Assembly: GCA_034439575.1 (NCBI GenBank)
Contig: JAWXAQ010000021.1
Span: forward strand, 1 to 45,372
Direction of reading: 5' to 3'
Length of the DNA: 45,372 nucleotides
Source: Leptospira sp.
GTDB taxonomy: Bacteria; Spirochaetota; Leptospiria; Leptospirales; Leptospiraceae
The notes below the pieces were generated by a model, which saw nothing but the letters and a program-made list of their open reading frames with translations, did no database searches and was not told the DNA's origin. Position numbers and translations under genes: made by a program. This document shows, piece by piece, positions 1-7,424 of this stretch (position 1 is the stretch's first letter; every line of letters starts with the position of its first letter).

Positions 1-104
1 CTCTTCTGTCACTCGCTTGCATACGCAAGCTACGTGCCAGTCCCTAACGTCCCGTTCGGGACTCAGGGTCGAGGAACGTCGTTAAGTCTAGTTCGTTATA
101 CGCA
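1..104 (+). repeat. attC-like intergenic repeat, copy 1 (5'-truncated by the window edge), ending in R' core GTTATAC
   Basis: Clearly similar to ~790-887 (shared ttgcata, cagt.cctaa, ggactcagggt, gaacgtcgttaag, cgttat.cgc). Ends in a GTTRRRY-like core at 95-101. Confidence 0.7.
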
Positions 105-138
105 ATAAGCGCAAAACTTGATCTATTATATCATAAAA

Positions 139-684
139 ATGAAAAATATGACAACCAATGAATATGAAAAATTAATTTCAACACTAGTTAACCATACGAT
201 TATGAGAGTGGTGTATTATGAAGTATTTTCTGAAGATTCAGAAGAATATTGGAATAATAATGAATTTGATTCTCTCGATTTTGGACTCGACTTGCATACG
301 AAATCGGGCGAGTGTTTTGGAATAATGTGGGGATCAGAATTTTATCAATACGGAGTATCAATTCTAAATCATTCTTTAAAAGAAGAATTGTCCGCATATA
401 AAAGTTTTGATGTTTCTAGAAAAAGTAATTGGAATTCTTATATTGATAAAAGTATTACAGATACAAAGATTATCCGGTCTTGGTTAATAGAAACTGATTC
501 TCTAAATAAAACTTATTATCCTCAAGATCTAATATTAACATTCGAGAACAACAAATCAGTATATATTTCTGCACTTCAAATCTTGGACGAGAAAAATATT
601 CATTATATGACTGACAATATTACTGTTATTTTCGATAAGGAAGGAGCAAATAAATATAATATTGGAAATTCAAGTTATAGCTAA
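139..684 (+). CDS. Hypothetical protein, gene-cassette ORF 1
   Basis: Single AT-rich ORF between attC-like repeats. ATG at 139 preferred over TTG at 118. No recognisable motif. Confidence 0.7.
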   Translation: MKNMTTNEYEKLISTLVNHTIMRVVYYEVFSEDSEEYWNNNEFDSLDFGLDLHTKSGECFGIMWGSEFYQYGVSILNHSLKEELSAYKSFDVSRKSNWNSYIDKSITDTKIIRSWLIETDSLNKTYYPQDLILTFENNKSVYISALQILDEKNIHYMTDNITVIFDKEGANKYNIGNSSYS

Positions 685-736
685 TGTTAAATGACAAATT
701 ATATCTTTTTGAAATTTCTTATTACATTTCGCTTAC

Positions 737-887
737 TGCGTATAACTTCCGCTTCGGGACTTGCGCCCTCGCTCGGGCTAGACCCCATTCCCCTTTCGTT
801 TGCATAAGAAAACTCCATGTCAGTTCCTAAGGATTCATTCAGGACTCAGGGTTGGAGAACGTCGTTAAGGCTAATCCGTTATGCGCC
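737..887 (+). repeat. attC-like intergenic repeat, copy 2 (complete, degenerate)
   Basis: GC-rich ~150 bp island in AT-rich DNA. Starts TGCGTATAAC (R''-like, 737-746) and ends GTTATGCGCC (R'-like, 878-887). Homologous to 1-104. Confidence 0.75.
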
Positions 888-917
888 ATACATTAAAATA
901 AATTTAAAGGAAAATAT

Positions 918-1436
918 ATGATAAATATCCTCCGAATTGCCTATCTGATTACGGCATTTCTATTTACAGATAATTGTAAAACCACTGCAAAAAAGCCAAG
1001 CAATGTAGCAGTCTTTGATAAGAATCTTTATTTATATGAACGCTTATCAGATGAGAAAATCGCTAGTATATCGAATGATATTACAATTCGGTTCTTTGAT
1101 CAATATCAGCACGGTAACCAAATTGAATTCAACTCAAATTCCGGAATCACTTTCCTATGGTATCCTAATAATAAAAATCTAGTTTCCGGATTTTACAAAA
1201 TTAAAGATAATCGTGTCATTTGCTTTAACTACTCTGGGATCGCGCGAAATGAATTTACTGGAGAATTTTCCGGTAATTGGAACTGCCAGGATTTGCTATC
1301 TTATTACAATAAAGTTCGAGAGAAGATTAAAGGCAATGTATTCAATTTAAATGAGAGTAAAGCAATACCGTTTACTCTTGAGCGATTTCCAGAACAAACA
1401 ATATTAGAATTAAATCAAAAATCAGACCGATTATAA
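918..1436 (+). CDS. Putative exported protein/lipoprotein, gene-cassette ORF 2
   Basis: Hydrophobic N-terminus ending FLFTDNC (possible lipobox); AAGGA RBS upstream; lies directly after the R' site. Confidence 0.7.
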   Translation: MINILRIAYLITAFLFTDNCKTTAKKPSNVAVFDKNLYLYERLSDEKIASISNDITIRFFDQYQHGNQIEFNSNSGITFLWYPNNKNLVSGFYKIKDNRVICFNYSGIARNEFTGEFSGNWNCQDLLSYYNKVREKIKGNVFNLNESKAIPFTLERFPEQTILELNQKSDRL

Positions 1437-1627
1437 TTATAAATAGTTTTAATTTTATATATAGAAGCTATTCGATTAAAATTAAATATATAAAACTAGT
1501 AATTTAACAAAAATCAGATTATAATTTTGAATATTAAATTTAGTTCAGTTCTTTTGAAATTAAATTCAAGATAAAATTTACTATTATAATCAAAAATAAA
1601 TTTGATTCGTCTTGATAATAAATCCAC

Positions 1628-1652
1628 GGCGCTTAACTACGCCGAAAGCGCA
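1628..1652 (+). repeat. Truncated attC-like remnant (R'' only)
   Basis: GGCGCTTAAC at 1628-1637 is a 9/10 reverse complement of GTTATGCGCC at 878-887. The repeat body is not recognisable afterwards. Confidence 0.55.
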
Positions 1653-2005
1653 TTGAAAATATACAAGATGCAATTTTTAACAGATCCATTTGCATTTCCT
1701 GATCCTACGAATATTGTCATTGAATTCGATATATAGAAACTAATTTGGCTGTTAAACGGAATAGATTTCAGATAATCGTTCATTTTATTTTGTAAACGCA
1801 GACAATTTTAAAAGATAAGCGATCTCTTGTTGAAGAAAAACTAAACTTACAATTCCAACCTCAAAAATTTCAAATCATATTTTATGCAAAAGGGAAGAGA
1901 ATTGTCTTAAGTCGATTTAACACAATTCATACTTTTTCAAGATAATTGAAGTTCATCTCGATACTATTGACATCGTAAATTATAACAAAAATCAGAGACT
2001 GATCA

Positions 2006-2194
2006 TTGAAACTCCGCTTTTTGTTTTCAAAGTTAAAGGAAAGAAAAAACATCGAAGTCCTATATGTTTGTGAAACGAGAAGTAGAACGAAATATCCTCA
2101 AGAACGCTTAGAAAAGAAATTCGACGCCGAACAAGAAAAATTTGATCATTCCCAGAAGTTGAGTCTACATTTATGTTCATCACAGAAAGATTAA
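2006..2194 (+). pseudogene. Possible remnant of a YcgL/RlaP-type predicted nucleotidyltransferase
   Basis: KERKNIEVLYVCETRSR resembles the family N-terminal motif (ILYACESGSR). The ORF is only 62 aa and the similarity stops there. Confidence 0.35.
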
Positions 2195-2422
2195 GACATA
2201 TAGCTAGTTCTCAATGGGGAAATAAACATTAACTTAATGTATGCGATATTTTCTGGAATCTATCATAAAAATAAATTATTTCCGAAACTCAAACTTTTCG
2301 ATCTATTGCAAATATTAAAAAGTCTAGTTTACAATAATTTTGAAATTGGAAAATCATTAGAGTTTAAAAACAATATAGAATAAGTTCATAAATCATAATA
2401 AAATTGTATTTTTTATCTAGAA

Positions 2423-2911
2423 TTATACAATAACAACACTTTGCTTAGGATCTTCTCTCAAATATTTGATTTTTAATTTTCCACCGACTTCAATTTTATT
2501 TCGAATGACCCATTCAGTTGGTACATCTTTGATTCTTCGCAAATGAGTATTGCCTAAGGCATCTTTGTATTCGTATTCAAGTATAGAATAAATCCATTGG
2601 TAATTGACTCGAACTAAATAATTTCTATCTACAAAGAGGACATTCGCATCTGTTTCGAGACCATTCTGCATAATGAATGCGTTTTGTTTGGCAGTCTTGG
2701 CCCTCCGAATGATGCCAAAAATACCCATAAGATTAAATATAACACCCAATGAAATTAGTAAACCGGGAACGCCATATTGCAAAATTTGTTTTGCAAGTGA
2801 TATCGAAAGATTTGTCTTAATGGTAATATGAGATCCTAATGCCATAACATAAATAAATATACCCACTAGAAATAAAATAGAACCTGTAAAGATAAGGATA
2901 AGACTAGGCAT
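2423..2911 (-). CDS. Membrane protein, DUF3592-like
   Basis: Two N-terminal TM helices followed by NGLETDANV...YEYKD..G...VGGKLKIKYL.EDPKQS. Confidence 0.7.
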   Translation of the reverse strand: MPSLILIFTGSILFLVGIFIYVMALGSHITIKTNLSISLAKQILQYGVPGLLISLGVIFNLMGIFGIIRRAKTAKQNAFIMQNGLETDANVLFVDRNYLVRVNYQWIYSILEYEYKDALGNTHLRRIKDVPTEWVIRNKIEVGGKLKIKYLREDPKQSVVIV

Positions 2912-3004
2912 ATAATTTCTCCTGAAAATAAATAATGATTAAAACTTACAAAGAATTATAACCTTGCTATTTTAATTCAACATTAAAAGTAAATGTATCA
3001 AACT

Positions 3005-3098
3005 TTTGCGTTAGGGATCGAGCGAAGGCATGCCGAAGTGAGAGCCCGACCCCTCCTTCATACCATTGTAACAATTCGAAAAGATGGGAACGCCCAAA
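3005..3098. repeat. Putative REP-like intergenic element
   Basis: GC-rich island TTTGCGTTAGGGATCGAGCG...AGCCCGACCC...GATGGGAACGCCC in an AT-rich spacer. Resembles dispersed leptospiral repeats (from recall); single copy in this window. Confidence 0.45.
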
Positions 3099-3322
3099 GG
3101 ATGATACCAAACTAAATTTACACCTAACTCTCAAATTTCGATAAATTAAAGATTTGATTGATTTTTAATAATATAACATTAAATAGATTTTATATAACTA
3201 TAAACCTTTTAGATCGGTCGCTAATGAATTTGATATTCTATTAGTATTTGATTCATACGAAATTAATATTGTTCTTGAAGTCCTTGAATCATAGTAAGAA
3301 TCTATGGAATTAGGAAAGTGGC

Positions 3323-3640
3323 ATGCAAGAAAAAGAAACTTTTATAAAGAATAATTTCTGGAAAAAGATCAAAGAAACAGGTGCGAAGTTGCCATTCGTA
3401 AATGATGTGATCGCGATGTATTATTGTTTACTAGACGAAAAAACTTCGCTCAGTGCAAAGGCATCAATCGTTTTTGCTTTGTTATACTTTATCACTCCAA
3501 TAGATGTGATTCCAGATTTTATTTTGGCACTTGGATATACGGATGATGCAACAGTGATAGCATCTACTATCTTACTCTTGAAATCCCAGTTAAAAACAGA
3601 ACATTATGAGAAAGCGAAAGCGTCTCTAGAAAAAGAATGA
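3323..3640 (+). CDS. DUF1232 (YkvA-family) membrane protein
   Basis: Signature ALLYFITPIDVIPDFILALGYTDD. Confidence 0.9.
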   Translation: MQEKETFIKNNFWKKIKETGAKLPFVNDVIAMYYCLLDEKTSLSAKASIVFALLYFITPIDVIPDFILALGYTDDATVIASTILLLKSQLKTEHYEKAKASLEKE

Positions 3641-3641
3641 T

Positions 3642-4562
3642 ATGAAAAAATCCTTAAATGAAATCTCATCGAGTTTTTTAATAAAAGATGATTTTTCATT
3701 TTGGAAAGAAATCCTTTACACTCACCTAACGTATGAACCTTTACCCCTCATTGTAAACAAAAATCATATCATTTCCGCTGCAGCTATGTGGGCTTATGTA
3801 AAAATTTGGAAAGAACATTTCAGAGAAAAAGGTGCGAAGAGTGGTGATACGATACTCCTTGCTCTAAGCGAATCACCAGAATGGATCATGATACTCCTTG
3901 CTTCCTTTTGGGAAAATTTACGGGTCATTCTTTGCGATCCCAAGCAGGTCAGTATTGATACGATCCCTGAAGTCTGGGGTATTTTTAGCGAAGATAAAAA
4001 TATCACAAATTGGACATTCTCAGAGCAATTAACACCTATTTGTTTGCGCGAGCCAAATCAATTATACAAAAATGAATCGATTAAAGAACGTATTTGTTTT
4101 CACTCATATTCGTCCTCTGCAAAGATTTTAGACAAAAACAAGACAGAAAAAAAAATAAATCAAAGTTTAAGTGATAAACAATTCGCAGAATTTATATCAA
4201 AAGTAAAAATAGAAAACAAACCAAAAGGAGTTTTGTCGAGTTTACCATGGTTTTCACCTATTGGATTTTATTTTGATTTTTTTCTAAATTATTTTTCAAA
4301 AAAGGAAATATTTCTCACACAAAAATTTCAAAACCCAAATATAGAATACACAGAACTATTTAATGCTTTTTCCATTGATAAAATTATAACTACTACTCAG
4401 CAAAGCCCTATGATTAATCAATGTGCTTTAATATCTACAAAATCGCACTCTGAAATTGAAATAATCTGCTTCGAAGAACGCGAATTAAATGATATTTCAC
4501 TTTTGTTTATGGATAGTAATTTTTCGTTTTCCGAGAAACGAAATTCTATTTCCAATCAGTAA
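3642..4562 (+). CDS. Degenerate/truncated AMP-binding (ANL, acyl-CoA ligase-like) protein; candidate p-coumarate:CoA ligase homolog
   Basis: A2-like GAKSGDTILLALSESPEWIMILLASFWENLRVILCDP and A4-like VLSSLPWFSPIG. The P-loop is degenerate and C-terminal ANL motifs are absent. Adjacent to the pyp/tal genes. Confidence 0.55.
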   Translation: MKKSLNEISSSFLIKDDFSFWKEILYTHLTYEPLPLIVNKNHIISAAAMWAYVKIWKEHFREKGAKSGDTILLALSESPEWIMILLASFWENLRVILCDPKQVSIDTIPEVWGIFSEDKNITNWTFSEQLTPICLREPNQLYKNESIKERICFHSYSSSAKILDKNKTEKKINQSLSDKQFAEFISKVKIENKPKGVLSSLPWFSPIGFYFDFFLNYFSKKEIFLTQKFQNPNIEYTELFNAFSIDKIITTTQQSPMINQCALISTKSHSEIEIICFEERELNDISLLFMDSNFSFSEKRNSISNQ

Positions 4563-5198
4563 AGAATCGGCATATTCTTCACGTAAATCGAGTATCTGTG
4601 CTCTCAAATTTTCATAAGAATCTATTATATCTTCTGGCGTTGTAGCACCAATATGGTTTTGCAAATATTCTTTATCAGCATATAGACTATCCAATTGTGC
4701 TTCCATCAATGCGATTTCATTGGATTCGTTTTCCATTGAATTTATATCAATTGTGGATTCTATTCGAATTACTTCTCTTATAGGTTTCGTTAAAAATTCT
4801 TGAATTTCTTCCAATTCTGTTTCATGAATTAATGGTTCTATGGCTATTAGTAAAAAAGTAATGAGAGATGCCTTACCAACTAACACAGAGTTTGCTTGAC
4901 CAGATTTGAAATTCTGATATTGAATTTGAGTGTTTGTTTGTTTCCAAAAACATTTCAGTTCTATGTATTTTGTAAACATAGTCACACTGAGTTCTGATTC
5001 CACTTCCACATCCCGAACCAATTCTAGAAAATCTGCGATGATACTTTCAATCCAAGTTTTTGTTTCCTTGAAATCTATATCTGAGATGGAATAATCTTCT
5101 CTCCACGAATGTAAGTTATGTGAAATATCTTCTTTAAAAGCTGGGTCAGTGAATACTGCCTCAACCGCGTTAACATCTATTTTTTTTACTAATTCCAT
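4497..5198 (-). CDS. PYP-associated hypothetical protein (helical N-domain plus C-terminal ExQLxxLY module)
   Basis: Likely start MELVKK at 5198 overlaps the PYP-1 stop (alternative start 5213). C-terminus aligns with ORF 5619-5867. Confidence 0.8.
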   Translation of the reverse strand: MELVKKIDVNAVEAVFTDPAFKEDISHNLHSWREDYSISDIDFKETKTWIESIIADFLELVRDVEVESELSVTMFTKYIELKCFWKQTNTQIQYQNFKSGQANSVLVGKASLITFLLIAIEPLIHETELEEIQEFLTKPIREVIRIESTIDINSMENESNEIALMEAQLDSLYADKEYLQNHIGATTPEDIIDSYENLRAQILDLREEYADSLLIGNRISFLGKRKITIHKQK

Positions 5199-5617
5199 TT
5201 TACAAATATCCAATTGTTCGGTCTTGCAGGTCCCCGATAGAGATGTATTTTTACTGGTGTCGGTTTCATTTTATATGTAAACGTATATGGAAAAATAAGA
5301 TCCATTCTTCTTTCATCTACGCCTTTTTTAAAACTTCCATAAAAAATTTGGTTATTTGTGCAAGGTGCGATTTCTGTGAAAAAATTCTTTCCAAGAGCAG
5401 TTTTTGGATCTACGTTTGCTCGTTCTCCTTCATACTGATTAAACATTTTAATAATGCCTTTATCATCTACGGAAATTACACCAAACTCAAGCTTGTCGAT
5501 CTCAGTAGATGAAAACGTTTGTAGCTTTTGTAATAATTCATCATTAACAAAACGCATCTCACCCTTGGCATAAAATTCTGCTTGTTTTTGAATTTTGGAA
5601 ACAAGATGGTCAGACAT
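5189..5617 (-). CDS. pyp: Photoactive yellow protein (PYP-1), with ~20-aa N-terminal extension
   Basis: FGVISVDDKG..FN..E, GKNFFTEIAPCTN (chromophore Cys69 equivalent), FYGSF, YTFTYKMKPTPVKIHL, WIFVK. AGGAGG RBS upstream. Confidence 0.95.
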   Translation of the reverse strand: MSDHLVSKIQKQAEFYAKGEMRFVNDELLQKLQTFSSTEIDKLEFGVISVDDKGIIKMFNQYEGERANVDPKTALGKNFFTEIAPCTNNQIFYGSFKKGVDERRMDLIFPYTFTYKMKPTPVKIHLYRGPARPNNWIFVKWN

Positions 5618-5618
5618 A

Positions 5619-5867
5619 CTAAACCCCTCCTACCAAACGATTTTTTTCAATAAATACATTTTTTATGTCAGTGATGCTAACATTTGTAGCAGGGACTTTT
5701 CTATAATTTTCTTTCAAGCCATATAAATGAATCAGTTCTTTTTCTAATTCACTAAATTTTAAAACAATTTCTTTAGGATCTGAAGTTCCCAGTTTTTGTT
5801 CTAAAAGTAATTTTTCATCATATAAATAAATTAGCTGATTTTCGAAACTTTCTTTCAATTCTTCCAT
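5619..5867 (-). CDS. Small PYP-associated coiled-coil protein (ExQLxxLY module)
   Basis: 82-aa ORF ending 1 nt before the pyp ATG. Internal repeat ENQLIYLY/EKELIHLY. Confidence 0.8.
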   Translation of the reverse strand: MEELKESFENQLIYLYDEKLLLEQKLGTSDPKEIVLKFSELEKELIHLYGLKENYRKVPATNVSITDIKNVFIEKNRLVGGV

Positions 5868-5955
5868 ATCTGGACTTTAGACTACAAAGAAAAAAAAATG
5901 TTTTGATTTTGAAAAATTTTTATGTCAAATGAAAGAATCTTAGCAAGGAAAATGA

Positions 5956-7404
5956 ATGTCCCTATTCCTCTCTGTCGAAAAATTATACAACATATCACGT
6001 GGAGAATATTATCCAGAATTAAACTTTAATGACTTAAATGCAAGCCACCAAGCTTTATTGGATTATCTTAACAATGATAAAAATGAATTACTTTACGGAA
6101 TAGACACAGGTTTTGGTCCACATGCTTTCAAAAAAAATGAAGATCGGATAGAAAATCAAAAATCACTTATCTACCATCTAACAGCCACCTCCGATACAGA
6201 TTGTATCCAACATGAGGAAGCAAGAGCCGTTTTAGCGGCGAGGATTCATTCTTTAAGTTTGGGTGGAAGTGGCATTTCGCCAAATACTTTGGAACTTTTG
6301 AGATCATTATTGAACCAAAACATTATACCCAAAATTCCAAAAAGAGGCTCACTTTCAGCATCTGGTGATTTAATTCCATTAAGCGCCATTGGTCTTGCAC
6401 TTATGGGCGAGAATGAATGGTCAGGAGAGAACAGGCATAAGGCGCCGTCCCCATCAAATCAGAAACATTCTGAATTCAAAGGTTTACCCTTAGAGCTTAA
6501 ACCCAAAGAAGCTTTATCTCTCACGAACGGAACTAGTTTTACTACCGCATTACTTGCATTACAAGTAGAATCTAGTATTAAACTTCTAAATCATTCCCTA
6601 AACTTACTCGAAATTTTATTTAGTTTTCACTCTGTCTTTGCAGATGCTTTTTTACCAGACCTTCACAAAACAAAGGGATTTAAAGGTCCAATTCAAGTTG
6701 CAAATAGACTTTATCCCGTTATTAAGAAAAATAACAAAGTAAAGGTGGAAGGGAAACGAGTTCAAGATATTTATTCTATTCGTTGTATTCCTCAAATCTT
6801 CGGATCTCTTATAGATGAAATAGATTCATTGAAACAAGTTGTTGAAATAGAATTAAATTCTTTATCGGATAATCCTGTTTACATTGAGAGTGAAAATAGA
6901 TTTGTAGAGGGGGGAAATTTTTATGCTTCTCATGTTAGTTTCGCCGCAGATAGATTACAAAATTGTTTAGCAGTTTTCGCCACTTGGATCGAACGATTCA
7001 TTCAGTATCTATATGACCCAAATCAAAATTTTGATTTTTCACTTTCATTATCTCCAGATCCGGGAAAATATGCAGGACTCTCGGGCTTAGGATTACTTGC
7101 AACTCACCTAACAGCAGAAATAAGAAGGGATTCAATGCCAGGATCTGTTCAATCTCTAACTAGCAACGGTGGTAACCAAGATATAGTTCCCATGGGCGCC
7201 ATTAGTGTTCTTAGAAATAGACGCAGTATCGAATCCCTTTTTTCTTTAACTTCAATTTTTGCTTACTCCATTTACCAAGCTGGTTTTTTGAAAGGTATTA
7301 ATTTCGAAGATAAAAATATCTTTGAAGGTATCAAATCATCGAATAAAGATCGACCCCTTAAGGAAGAATTAAGAAAAATCGAATTATTTTTAAAAAATCA
7401 ATAA
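5956..7404 (+). CDS. Aromatic amino acid ammonia-lyase, probably tyrosine ammonia-lyase (TAL)
   Basis: YGIDTGFG, MIO-forming GSLSASGDL, KEALSLTNGT, QDIYSIRC.PQ, DNP, GGNFY, NQD. Specificity motif LIYHL is TAL-type His-Leu. Adjacent to pyp. Confidence 0.9.
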   Translation: MSLFLSVEKLYNISRGEYYPELNFNDLNASHQALLDYLNNDKNELLYGIDTGFGPHAFKKNEDRIENQKSLIYHLTATSDTDCIQHEEARAVLAARIHSLSLGGSGISPNTLELLRSLLNQNIIPKIPKRGSLSASGDLIPLSAIGLALMGENEWSGENRHKAPSPSNQKHSEFKGLPLELKPKEALSLTNGTSFTTALLALQVESSIKLLNHSLNLLEILFSFHSVFADAFLPDLHKTKGFKGPIQVANRLYPVIKKNNKVKVEGKRVQDIYSIRCIPQIFGSLIDEIDSLKQVVEIELNSLSDNPVYIESENRFVEGGNFYASHVSFAADRLQNCLAVFATWIERFIQYLYDPNQNFDFSLSLSPDPGKYAGLSGLGLLATHLTAEIRRDSMPGSVQSLTSNGGNQDIVPMGAISVLRNRRSIESLFSLTSIFAYSIYQAGFLKGINFEDKNIFEGIKSSNKDRPLKEELRKIELFLKNQ

Positions 7405-7424
7405 ATGATTTAGTAACTAGAGGT

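Noticed and set aside
1-1640. CRISPR array interpretation of the repeats
   Set aside because: The repeats are ~150 bp, degenerate and separated by whole ORFs; no cas genes are present.
5868-5955. Shared operator between the two divergent spacers of the PYP locus (TTAGAC occurs in both)
   Set aside because: Too short and AT-rich to distinguish from chance or ordinary promoter elements.
5956-7404. Histidine ammonia-lyase (hutH) call
   Set aside because: It has the His-Leu motif rather than Ser-His, no hut genes are nearby, and it sits beside pyp.
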